Position numbers and translations under genes: made by a program. Shown one piece after another: positions 11,165 through 23,009 of a DNA stretch of 64,000 nucleotides; positions within the stretch are counted from its first letter, which is position 1, and every line of letters begins with the position of its first letter. This DNA is from Rebecca billardiae RCC1528. Taxonomy: Eukaryota; Protista; Haptophyta. The stretch spans positions 1,488,001-1,552,000 of the forward strand of contig OZ251236.1 of assembly GCA_965240325.2 (NCBI GenBank), read 5' to 3'. A model generated the notes under the pieces. The model was given only the letters and a program-made list of their open reading frames with translations. It was not told where the DNA came from and did not search any database.

Positions 11165-14100
11165 ACGAGGACGAGGACACGACCTTCTCGCCGTTCATGG
11201 CGGACATCTGGGCGCTCGGCGTGACGCTCTTCACCTTCGTCTACGGCTACCTCCCGTTCTACGGCCCCACCGGCGCGAGCATGCAGAAGGCCATCATGAG
11301 TGAGGAGCCGCGCTTCCCAAAGGCGGGGCAGGACTCGGACGAGAGGCTCGTCTCGCTGCTGCACCGGATGCTGCACAAGAGCCCGGCGCAGCGGCCGACG
11401 GCGCGCGAGCTGATGGCGGACGCGTGGGTGACCGACTCGGGCAAGGAGCCGAACATGCTCGAGTTCCTCGAGGACGACGGCCTCGCGGAGGTCATCCAGG
11501 TCGACGACTCGGAGATCGCGGTCGCGTTCACCTCGTCCAACGTGAATCCTTTCACCATCATCAAGCTCAAGATCAAGCTGCTGCGCAAGGTGAAGAAGCT
11601 GCGCGAGCGCATGCGGCAGGAGAAGGAGTTCCTCGTCGTCGCGGGCGACGAGTACGCGTACAAGCGGCTCAACTTCCAGCGCAAGGACTACGGCGGCTCG
11701 ATCACCGTGCCCGCGGTCGTCGAGAGGCGCACGACGCACGAGCTGGGCGAGGATGAGGAGGCGCGCGCGCAGCAGCAGCAGCAGGCGCTGCTCTTCAGCC
11801 AGGACACGGCGCAGCACGGCGGCACGGCGGCGTCGCCGCGCGGCGGCGGCGCCGCCGCCGCCGCCTCGCCCACCAGCCTGCGCAACCTGCGCCCCTCCAC
11901 TCGGCTCAGCGTCGAGTTCGACGCGCGCTCCGTCGAGAGCGCGGACACGTCCGCGGCCGGGAGCGCGCCCGCGCTCTCGGCAGCCGGCTCGTCGTTGCGC
12001 CTCGAGCGGCAGGCGTCGGGCGCGGCGCCGGACGAGCAGATGAGCGAGGTCGCGGGCAGCGAGGCGTCCGCGTGGGACAGCGGCTCGAGGCGCGCCTCGC
12101 TCGACCACGTCGTCAACGCCATGCGCATCAAGAAGATCGTGCGCAGGCGCACGGGCCTCGCGATCGACGGCGACGACGGCTCGGCCGCGGCCGAGCGCGG
12201 CAGCGGCGCGAGCGCGGGCGCTGCCGGCGCCAAGGGCATGCGCTCGTCGCGCGGCGCGTCGGGCTCGGTCGAGATCCGCGTCGGCGACGACGACGACGCC
12301 AGCTCGGTCTCGAGCAGCGTGCGCGTGGCCCGCGAGCGCCGCGAGGAGGTCGAGCCGCTGGTGACGGGCACGCCCAAGCAGCGCCGCTCGCGTGGCTCGA
12401 GCGACTCTGCGAGCCGAGCGTCCAACGCCGTCGCCTCGCCGCCCGACGACGCCGAGAGCGCGGCCGCGCCGGCGGCGGCCGGGCAGGCGGGCGGCTCGGC
12501 GGCGGCGGCGATGGGCGCCGCCACGCGCCTGGACCGCGGGGGCATCCGCCTCCAGCGCTCCTCGACGCGCAGCGCGCCGAGCGAGTCGGCCGAGAGCTCC
12601 TCCTCCGACGACGACGAGGACTATGAGGTGGTCGCCTCGCTCGCGACGCCGAGCGTGGCGAGGGTGAGCGCGCTCTCGAGGGCGAGCGCCGTCTCGACGG
12701 CGGGTGCGACCGAGGGCGACGCGGGCGACGAGCCGCCGCCGGGCTCGATCGCCACGCTCGAGGACATGCTCGGCTCGTCGACGGAGACGATGAAGGACAG
12801 GCTGCGCCAGCAGTCGAAGGAGCACAACCGCCACCTGCTGCGCGCGGAGGACGCGACGCACTCGGAGCACCTCTGGGCACTCACGCGGTACGAGGTGGAC
12901 TGCGACTCGCACTCGGGGATGCTGCCGTACATGGAGGACCTGTACGACTGCAACGAGGGCGGGCTGCCCGCCTGGCCCGACAACGTCTACCTGGGCGTGT
13001 ACGACGGGCACTCGGGCGTGCGCTGCGCCGACCACCTGGTCAACACGCTGTGCGAGACGGTCGCGCGCGCCGCGCCGCCCCCGGCCGACGGCGCGGGCGC
13101 GGAGGAGATCGCGGCCGCGCTCTCGCGCGCGCTGGTCGCGGGGTACGAGCAGGTGGACGCCGCGTTCGTGGCGCGCGCCGTCTCCGAGCTCAAGTCGACC
13201 TCGCTCGCGGAGGACAGCGCGGACGACGCCGCGCAAGCCGCGGGCAGCGCGGGCCGCGCGGACGACGCCGAGGCATACGAGTCGCAGCAGCTCAAGCGCG
13301 AGTGGCTGTGCGGGTGCGCGCTCCTCGCCGCGCGCGCGCGTGGCTCCGCCGTGGCTGCGCCGTGGCTGCGCCGTGGCTGCGCCGTGGCTGCGCCGTGGCT
13401 GGCTGGCCACTCGCGCCGCGTCGCGGCCTCGCTGCACCCCCTGCTCTGCGCCTGCGCCCACCACGGCGCGCTCGGCGCGCCCAACGCGGCCGTCCGCGCG
13501 CGTGCACGCGCCTCACCGCCCCCGGCCCGCGCCCGTCTCGCCACCTTGCCACCGCGCGCGCGCGCACACCCGCGTAGCTCGACGTCCACGTCGATGGTGC
13601 TGTGCGGCTCCCTCCTCGTGGTCGCGCACGTGGGCGACTCAACGGCGGTGCTCTGCCGGGACGGCGTGCCCATCGAGCTGACGCCGCCGCACAAGCCGAT
13701 GGCACCGGCTGAGAAGGAGCGCATCGTCGCGGCGGGGGGCTGGGTGACGGGGCGCGAGACGTCGGGCGGCCGCGTGAACGGTGTGCTCGGCGTGGCGCGC
13801 TCGTTCGGCGACATTGAGTACAAGGCGCTCAAGGAGTCGGCGTGGATGCGCGACTTCGAGGCCGACCTGGTGACGTCGACGCCGGACGTGTGCGCCGTCC
13901 GCCTCACGCGCGCTGACGAGTTCGCCGTGATCGCCTCCGACGGCCTGTGGGACGGGGTCACGTACGCCGAGACGGTGGCGCTCATCCGCGAGCACCGTGC
14001 GCGCAACAATGGCGAGGTGACCGGCGCGGCGGAGATGCTCGTGAAGACGGCAGTCAACCGCAACGTCGACGACAACGTCACAGTCGTCGTTGTTGGCTTC

Positions 14101-14229
14101 ACCTACGACGGCAGCGCTCGCTCGCCCGGCGGGCCTGCTGGCACGCCGAAGCGACGTCGAAGCGAGTTCCAGCCTGCGCCGCCGCCGCCTCAGCGCGAGG
14201 AGGCGGCAGAGACGAGCGAGCAACAATAG
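8704..14229 (+). CDS. CaMKK/SnAK-type Ser/Thr kinase fused to a C-terminal PP2C phosphatase; N-acylation motif MGCGASK
   Basis: Kinase motifs LGKGAQGKV, AVK, HRDIKPDN, DFG, GTPAFLSPE and DIWALG. PP2C motifs MED, DGHSG, GST (restored by removing GT-AG intron 13314-13577), HVGDS, VARSFGD, ASDGLWD and DN. Confidence 0.9.
13347..13401. repeat. Intronic 11-bp tandem repeat (CGCCGTGGCTG) x5
   Basis: Directly visible inside the kinase-PP2C intron. Confidence 0.85.
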
Positions 14230-14362
14230 CAGTGCGCTCCCTGCGCGATTGCGCCATCATCATATTCGGACGAATTATACTAGAATCATATAGCTCTATA
14301 ACAATAAAATTCTAAATAAAAGTGAATGATCGTCATGAAAAACAGACGAATATATAGCTATA

Positions 14363-16025
14363 TGTGGCGTTATAGGGAACCTATAACTGAGTGTCTATGA
14401 GCGACGCCAAGAATCCGGCTCGCACGGCATTCCTGCGTTGTCCTGTGCGCACCGCCGCGCGCAGGCGGAGTCCTGGTGCGCTGCCAATCTGGCCCACAGC
14501 GGCGCACCTGCAGGACTCGGTTGGTTACCGCTCACATCGGATCGATCAGGCTTCACTCTCGGGGGCGCCATGGGGCTGCTCACGACGAAGGCGCCGAGCT
14601 GGGCAAGGGAATCGCCTGCATCGGGCACTGCCGGGTGCACGCTCCGCTGCAGGAGGTGCACCGCAGTCGCCGCAGCCCCTCTGCTCGGTAAGGTCGCTGG
14701 CTGTCTGTGTGGCCCGGCTCCCCGCCTGATCGTTCGGCGGCGCGACGTCATCATCTGTCTTCGCCGCGTCGCCCCTCATGCAATGGTCTCTTGCTCTCGC
14801 CGCTGTCGCGTCAACCCGCACGCTTCATCGTTTGAGATACGCGCTCGCCTCGCGCCCGTGCGTCGCGCGGGTGCGGCGCACTCTGACGCGTGTCTGCTCG
14901 CCGCGCGTCGCGATCGATCGTGCGCGCGCGGCCGCGCAGTCCTCGTCTCTTCTATTTCTAAACGGGATTCATCAACGACTACTTGGACGCCCGCTCCAAC
15001 TTATAAACGGGACTCGCGGGCGCCCTCTCGACCTCGGGCAGCAGCTCAACCGCCACGCCGCTGCCAGCGCCCGCTGTCGTTCGTTGCTCAAATCCCAACA
15101 TAGCTAACCTGATCGTTCCATGATTGATCATTGTGGTCTGTCTACTCCACGACGCCGCGCGCCGCGACCATCCAGCTCCAGAGTCCATTCGTACCCGACG
15201 CCTTGTACGAGCCGGGCATGGCGGAGTGGCTAGACGTGGCGTTATAGGGAACCTATAACTGAGTGTCTATGAGCGACGCCAAGAATCCGGCTCGCACGGC
15301 ATTCCTGCGTTGTCCTGTGCGCACCGCCGCGCGCAGGCGGAGTCCTGGTGCGCTGCCAATCTGGCCCACAGCGGCGCACCTGCAGGACTCGGTTGGTTAC
15401 CGCTCACATCGGATCGATCAGGCTTCACTCTCGGGGGCGCCATGGGGCTGCTCACGACGAAGGCGCCGAGCTGGGCAAGGGAATCGCCTGCATCGGGCAC
15501 TGCCGGGTGCACGCTCCGCTGCAGGAGGTGCACCGCAGTCGCCGCAGCCCCTCTGCTCGGTAAGGTCGCTGGCTGTCTGTGTGGCCCGGCTCCCCGCCTG
15601 ATCGTTCGGCGGCGCGACGTCATCATCTGTCTTCGCCGCGTCGCCCCTCATGCAATGGTCTCTTGCTCTCGCCGCTGTCGCGTCAACCCGCACGCTTCAT
15701 CGTTTGCCCGCCCGCCCACCCTCGGCCTCTGGCGGATATGGAAGCACTGCAGTGTCAGCGAGCCATCAGCCTTAATCGACCTTGCTCAGTGACTGACGAC
15801 TCGCGGGCGCCCTCTCGACCTCGGGCAGCAGCTCAACCGCCACGCCGCTGCCAGCGCCCGCTGTCGTTCGTTGCTCAAATCCCAACATAGCTAACCTGAT
15901 CGTTCCATGATTGATCATTGTGGTCTGTCTACTCCACGACGCCGCGCGCCGCGACCATCCAGCTCCAGAGTCCATTCGTACCCGACGCCTTGTACGAGCC
16001 GGGCATGGCGGAGTGGCTAGACACA
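14363..16025. mobile_element. Family A non-autonomous element, head-to-tail dimer (units ~14363-15235 and ~15236-16025); Helentron/Helitron2-like ends
   Basis: Direct repeat with an 872-bp offset. Each unit starts GTGGC, then hairpin GTTATAGG-GAA-CCTATAAC, then TGA-GTGTCTA, and ends TAGAC(AC). Flanks are TA-rich. Confidence 0.75.
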
Positions 16026-16094
16026 TATATATAGCTATATACATATATATAGCTATATATATATAGCTATATATATATACCGTTATTTGAGAAG

Positions 16095-16330
16095 TAAACT
16101 GTGCCCTGGCGGGGGCGGGGGGGTCGGCGGGCCGTGCCAGTGCTGTCGCAATGTTTGCCCGCCCGCCAGGGCACAGTTTATTAGTACGGCGGGCCGTAGG
16201 TCCGCCCCTTGTAGTGCCCGGGGAAAAGATAAAAAATAAAATAAAAATAGCCTCGAAAAGAAAAGAAACTCGCGTAGTGGGCGTGCCAGTGCCATGTCGC
16301 AATGTTTCCCCTGCCCGCCAGGGCACAGTT
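16095..16330. mobile_element. Family B end derivatives: 86-bp foldback (16095-16180) and a ~145-bp mini-element (16187-16330)
   Basis: 19-bp perfect IR TAAACTGTGCCCTGGCGGG / CCCGCCAGGGCACAGTTTA. The mini-element has both family B ends and is joined head-to-tail to the long copy. Confidence 0.75.
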
Positions 16331-16338
16331 TATTAGTA

Positions 16339-19300
16339 TGGCGGGCCGTAGGTCCGCCCCTTGTAGTGCCCGGGGAAAAGATAAAAAAGAAAAGAAAAAA
16401 GAAAATAGCGCCTCGAAAAGAAAAGAAAATCGCTTCGCTAACTAGTTACCGGGCGCCCTCGCAGCTCCCACTGGGGACGCTCGGCCGAAAAAGAGTTACC
16501 CGATGGCGCGGAGCGCGTGGGCCACGCGCGCCAAATCCAACGCCGGCGCGGACATCGCGCGGAGATTCCCGAACGGTGCTTTCGCCCGATTCGCGATTGC
16601 TGCCCTCGTCGTCTCGCGTGCAGGTCGAACGGGGGCCAAAGACGACGCGTTTGGACGGTACGCTCGGCGCGTCGACACGATCGTGCGACCTGGGGCGGTC
16701 CTCGCCCGACTTGCACGTCGAGCGCTCGCACGGGGCATAGCATCAAGCGCTGCGCACGACAGCCACCTCGCGCGATCCACCGCCGCGCGTCGGGCTCGGT
16801 GCGGAAATGCCCTCATCACGAGGTGTCTCGCGGGCGGGAGGCGCCATCGCACGCGACGCAAGATGTTGTGGTTTATTCATTTCTTCCTCTACGACCAGAT
16901 TTTCTATTTCTCGACTTTCTTCACTCGGTCCTGATTCAGACCGGACTGACGTGATCAGACCGGACCGCTGTGCAGTCCAGACGCGCGGAACCGATATCGC
17001 TCTAGACATGACACGCTAAAAGCTCACGCCCTCGTGCGCTCGCACGTGCTACGCCCGTCGCCGCTGCGGCCGCTGCCGGTACTGCATCGACCGCGCTGTC
17101 GTTGAGTGCTCGTGTATACGCCTACGTCTCTCGCCTCTCACCCTCGACCGTGCCGATCGCCCGTCACCAGTCCGCTCCCACAGGCGCGGGACCGGACGAG
17201 CCCGTGCGAAACGCCCGCGTCACCAACAACCATCACAACCTCTTCACAATACAAACAACTACTCGTGGCAGGCTATACGCGACGCTGAAGGACATCCTGG
17301 TGATGCTGAAGATCCTCCTCTACGACGTCATCGAGCACGCCTCCTACATCTCGCACACGGACATCTGCATCTCGCCCGTCCATCTACATTGTGCACGCTC
17401 ACATCATGATGATGACGTACACGGTCTTCCAGCAGCTGGAGGTGGGACCTGTCGATATCGAGGTGACCGATCTCTTCCTAAACGGCATCCTCAACCTCTA
17501 CGGCATGGGCGACTCGCTCGACTACTACCTACTCACTACGAAGTCGGACGGACGACCAGCCGTACTACACGCACGACCCCATCAAGCAGCGACGACAACC
17601 TGAGAGAGCACAACTACAAGGGCAACCCGCTCTATTTCTTCTCGTCGACTACTATACTGCCTCTACTTCCGAACGGCATCTAACCGCTCACGCCGCCTAA
17701 CATCATCTGCGGCAACTATTCTCCGCGACGGGACTTCTCTCGTGTCATCTACTATCTGCTACTACCAAGGCCCTCTAATCCCACGGCCACATCTACGACG
17801 ACTTGCTGTCCGGCCTCTACTTTCTCTACTACCTCCCCGCCCGGCCGACACGTACTAGCACATGCGACCTATCTCCATCCGCATCTATCATCGGCGACTA
17901 CGAGCAGACCGCTCTCTTACGCCGACAACCTGACCGGCCCGACGATCCAGCGTCGACTCTCGAGTCCTTCTCGACTACGGTCTCCTATACGACTACCTAT
18001 TCTCGGACATTCGTGTTCATTGATGCATTCGACCACGAGGCGTACGGCACCGAGTTGCCGATTCCTTTGCCTCACGCTGCCGAACCATCGCTGTCGGCGA
18101 CCGATCCAGCGGACGCATCCAACGACGACGATGACGACGACGACAATTGCAACGACAATTGACCCACTACTACACGCAGCGGTGCTAACGGCGAAGCCGC
18201 TCGTTCTGTACACGTTCTCTACACGCTCGTGTTCTACCCGCTCTATCTACCCTCGACGCTATCCCCGAGCACGATGAGCCTCCTACCGCGCTGACCGCCG
18301 ATCCGCCGGCGATGCGCCAACGCGCACAACTAATCGTCCCAGCTCAGCCGGTGACCGACTGCAGGGCCTCTACCAGTACTTGCTCTGCCCGCCGCCGCGC
18401 TGCCAACCTGGACGAGTTCTTATCGTGCACCTCTATCGCTGCTGCTGCTTCCGCTGCCGATGCTACCGCTGCCGCCTCTACTCCGACGCGCCTGATCACC
18501 GCTGAGGACCACTACGGCATCACGGCGGCTACCGCAACGGACGACGCACCAGCAACTACTTCTCATCGGATCTAGCTACACCCACTCGAACTACATCCAC
18601 TCTAAGTACATCCGCACGAACTACATATGATCTGCTGCCCTAACTACGGTCTCTACTGTCTCTATCGGCGTCGCAGCTCCCGGCGCCAACTACCTCTACC
18701 TGGTCACTCATCTTCACTCGGCCCCGGACACGATCTCATTCGATGCTCCACTCTATTTGCCGATTCTACCACACGCCTGACGACCGCATCTACTTCGACC
18801 ACGCGATCATCCTGGTGGCGACGATATCATCGCACTCATGCTGCCATCGCGTACTCGTACCAGGCGTCTATTCGTCCGTGTACGTGCTGCAGACGGCAAC
18901 GATGAGAGTCAATCTCATCGGCACGAAGGCGATCATGGACAACCATCTCAAGGCGCCGCTGTGTGATCTCTAATCGTGATCTGTGCTCATCTTCTCGCTC
19001 GAACCTCACCTACTAGCTCCACTTACGGCGAACACTTGATCCACGACTACATCACGCACTACTGCTGCCTCTATGCACCGCACTAATGGGGGCGAGAACT
19101 GCTGCCTATTGGAACGGTGGATGCACTCGTTTTGGAACGGGCAAGGCCTGGCTGATCGAGGAGCCTCAAGGCACCATGAGCAAGCTCTTTGTCGAGAGGC
19201 GTTCACAAGAGTTGTTTGTCGTTCCGTATACTCGATCATGCTCACGAGCTTTGACGTCAACCAGAAGTTTCAGCATTCTACGTGCTGATCTCCCTCGCGG

Positions 19301-20863
19301 TGAACACTACACCTCTGCCTCACCCGCTCTATTCTCTAGTTCCTCTCTATCCTCTAATTCCTCAACCACATTATCTATGGGACATGTGAACCCGCATCTA
19401 TTGGGTACCCCGCTAATGGCCGTCATCATCTGACTGCGAGCTCTATCTACTATCTCATACCCGGCTTCACATGGGGGGGAGTGTTGTGGTTTATTCATTT
19501 CTTCCTCTACGACCAGATTTTCTATTTCTCGACTTTCTTCACTCGGTCCTGATTCAGACCGGACTGACGTGATCAGACCGGACCGCTGTGCAGTCCAGAC
19601 GCGCGGAACCGATATCGCTCTAGACATGACACGCTAAAAGCTCACGCCCTCGTGCGCTCGCACGTGCTACGCCCGTCGCCGCTGCGGCCGCTGCCGGTAC
19701 TGCATCGACCGCGCTGTCGTTGAGTGCTCGTGTATACGCCTACGTCTCTCGCCTCTCACCCTCGACCGTGCCGATCGCCCGTCACCAGTCCGCTCCCACA
19801 GGCGCGGGACCGGACGAGCCCGTGCGAAACGCCCGCGTCACCAACAACCATCACAACCTCTTCACAATACAAGATTCGGCGCGGCCTTCTGAACTCGATC
19901 GCCGGAATCCGCGCACCGGACTCAGTCGTCACTCGCGGTCCCTCAGCCGATGCCCACGTCCGGCCTGCATTGCGTCGACGGTGACCAATGCGACGGAAGC
20001 GCAGCGCCAACGGCGTACGACGCGCAGCGGACGCACCTCCCGGGTCTGTCGCCGTGGCAGCAACCGCGTCTTCGCGAGTTGGCGACCCTCGCCGCAGCGC
20101 GACGCAGACAAGCCCGTGATGCCATCCGCAGAGAGATGAAACGTCGCGCATGCAACATCGCCGCGCCATCCTCGCCCATGGCGCAGGCGCTGCGGGACGA
20201 GGCGGACGTCGTCACGCCGCTGACGGATGCGCTGCGATTTGTGCCTGCTCGAGCAGCTCGTGCCCACTCTCGATCGTGAGTGGCACACGCTGTCGCTGTG
20301 CGCGCGCGCGCACAACCAACAGCTCCTCGTGCCGCCGAACACGCGGGCGCCAGACCTGTCGCACGAGGCGAAGAGCGACGACCGCGCGAACGTCAACGCG
20401 CTAGTGCTCAGCGTGGCGGCAGTGTACGATGTCAACGCGACCCGCGCCGAGCCCATCATGACCGGAGCGGACATCGGCAAGCATCCTCCCGACGACCGCT
20501 CTCGGCTGGCGGCAGGAGGACATGCACACGATCTACTCTGGCGGCTTCGTCGGCGGCGAATGAGGCGCTCGATTACGCCATCGCGGTCGAGATGCGGCAC
20601 ATACATCGCGTACCCGCGCTCGCGCGGAGTAACGGGCAACCCGCCCCGCCCCGCGTGCTGCACATTCCCTCGTGGGTGTGGGCCTCGCTGATGCGCACGG
20701 AGTCGGACGTGTACGCGCCTGGGAGAATTTCAGGTGTCACTGGTCCGACTGTCCGTCACCCACGGCCACGAGCAAATAATGTGAAAAGACGCGAACCCGC
20801 AGAGGAAACATTGCGACAGCACTGGCACGGCCCGCCGACACCCCCACCCGCCAGGGCACAGTT
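16339..20863. mobile_element. Family B non-autonomous element, copy 1 (interrupted by an LTR element)
   Basis: Starts with hairpin GGCGGGCC-GTA-GGTCCGCC and subterminal GTGCCCGG, ends CCAGGGCACAGTT. Colinear with copy 2 at 21497-23009. Confidence 0.8.
16864..19869 (+). mobile_element. Non-autonomous/degenerate LTR retrotransposon (Copia-like PPT)
   Basis: Two apparently identical ~388-bp LTRs (16864-17251, 19482-19869). Purine tract ATGGGGGGGAG immediately before the 3' LTR. CAAGA duplicated on both sides, with a single CAAGA at the empty site in family B copy 2 (~22013-22017). The 2.2-kb interior has no long ORF. Confidence 0.9.
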
Positions 20864-20914
20864 ATATATCATATATAACTATATATATAATATATAATAA
20901 ATACAGTTAATACT

Positions 20915-21487
20915 ATGCCTATGGCAGCAGCGAGTTCTGCGTTGGCACCGGGGCCGGCGATCCCGAGGCAGGGCGGGAGAGATGAAGCAGCGATCCGCGT
21001 GGGGGCGCACCCACGGAGGAGGAGGCATGTTGCGAAGAGCAGGGTTTTCAACGGTGCTCGGGATTACGACAACAAAGCCACCGCAGCGCGCGTTGGCGCA
21101 CGCGCCAGAAGAGCCAAGAGGCGACGCCGCGACGGCCCGAAGCGCGAGGGGGCGCGATGCGGAGCGTTGCTTACCGCCGACAGCCGAAAGATGTTGGTCG
21201 GTGCACGCGACGCGCCAACCGCTTGCGAGCCGCAGCCGCCAGCGACGCAGGACGCGACATGGCTGGATGCCCGCGCCACGGCTGCAGGGCCCGAGAAGCC
21301 GATGATGGCCGATCGGACGGATCTTTGGCCATCCGGGTAACAGAAAAACCCGGACGGACTGTTTGTCCGGGAGCAGCTCGTTGAGGCCATGGTCCGGTAG
21401 AGGGCGATGGAGCTGATGAGCGGCGCTGGCGCCTGGCGTCCGTGTCGTCCTCTTAGACAATCAGTTCTTGTATACCAATAACCCCAC
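20915..21487. mobile_element. Family A-type element (opposite orientation, unrelated interior)
   Basis: The right end reads TAGACA-A-TCA-GTTCTTG-TATAC-CAATAAC-CCCAC, the mirror of the family A hairpin end. The left end is TGCCTA next to a TA-rich tract. Confidence 0.6.
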
Positions 21488-21496
21488 GACTACATA

Positions 21497-23009
21497 TGGC
21501 GGGCCGTAGGTCCGCCCCTTGTAGTGCCCGGGAAAAATATAAGAAAAAGAAAAGAATAAAGAAAATCGCCTCGCCAAGAAAAGAAAATCGCTTCGCTCAC
21601 TACCGGGCGCCCTCGCAGCTCCCACTGGGGACGCTCGGCCGAAAAAGAGTTGCGTCATGGCGCGGAGCGCATGGGCCGCGCGCGCCAAATCCAACGCCGG
21701 CGCGGACATCGCGCGAGGATTCCCTAGACGGGTTTTCGCCCGATTCGCGATTGCTGCCCTCGTCGTCTCGCATGCAGGTCGAACGGGGCCCAAATCGACC
21801 CGTTTGGAGCAGTACGCTCGGCGCGTCGACACGATCGTGCGACCTGGGGCGATCCTCGCCCGACGTGCACGTCGAACGCTCGCACCGGCCATAGCATCAG
21901 GCGCTGCGCACGATGGCCGCCTCGCGCGATCCACCGCCGCGCGTCGGGCTCGGTGCGGAAAGGCCCTCATCACGAGGTGTCTCGCGGGCGGGAAGCGCCA
22001 TCGCACGCGACGCAAGATTTGGCGCGGCCTTCTCTGAACTCGATCCGGAATCCGCGCACCGGACTGTGGGTCGCGGTCCCTCAGCCGCCAGCCCACGTCC
22101 GACCTGCATGGCGTCGACGGTGACCAATGCGACGTAAGCGCAGCGCCAACGGCGTACGACGCGCAGCGGACGCACCTCCCGGGTCTGTCGCCGTGGCAGC
22201 AACCGCGTCTTCGCGAGTTGGCGACCCTCGCCGCAGCGCGACACAGACAAGCCAGTGATGCCATCCGCAGAGAGATGAAACGTCGAGCATGCAACATCGC
22301 CGCGCCATCCTCGCCCATGGCGCAGGCGCTGCGGGACGAGGCGGAAGTCGTCACGCCGGTGACGGATGCGCTGCGATTCGTGTGCCTGCGTGAGCAGCTC
22401 GTGCCCACTCTCGATCGCGAGTGGCACACGCTGTCGCTGTGCGCGCGCGCGCGCACAACCAACAGCTCCTCGTGCCGCCGAGCACGCGAGCGCCAGACCT
22501 GTCGAAGAGGCGAAGAGCGACGACCGCGTGAACGTCAACGCGCTAGTGCTCAGCGTGGCGGCAGTGTACGATGTCAACGCGACCTGCGCCGAGTCCATCA
22601 TGCCCGGAGCGGACATCGGCAAGCGTCCTCGCAACGACCGCTCTCAGCTGGCGACAGGAGGACATGCACACGATCTACTCTGGCGGCTTCGTCGGTGGCG
22701 AGGCGCTCGATTACGCCATCGCGGTCGAGATGCGGCACATACAGCGCGTACCCGCGCTCGCGCGGAGCAACGGGCTACCCGCCCCGCCCCGCGTGCTGCA
22801 CATTATTCCCTCGTGGGTGTGGCCCTCGCTGATGCGCACGGACGCGGCGTACCGCACCGCGTGGGAGAACTTCAAGGCTGTCACTGGTCCGACTGTCCGT
22901 CACCCACGGCCACGAGCGAATGCTGTGGAACTGGACGCGAACCCGCAGAGGAAACATTGCGACAGCACTGGCACGGCCCGCCGACCCCCCCGCCCGCCAG
23001 GGCACAGTT
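21497..23009. mobile_element. Family B non-autonomous element, copy 2 (uninterrupted, ~1.5 kb)
   Basis: Same ends and interior as copy 1 with scattered substitutions and indels. Followed by (AAT)n. Confidence 0.8.

Noticed and set aside
14363-16025. Interpretation as a two-LTR element or tandem solo LTRs (TG...CA ends)
   Set aside because: No internal region, PBS, PPT or clear TSD. The hairpin plus asymmetric IR shared with other loci explains it better, though it is not fully excluded.
17252-19481. Functional gag/pol in the LTR element
   Set aside because: Only short ORFs, with no RT (YxDD) or integrase motifs. At most faint Copia-like remnants.
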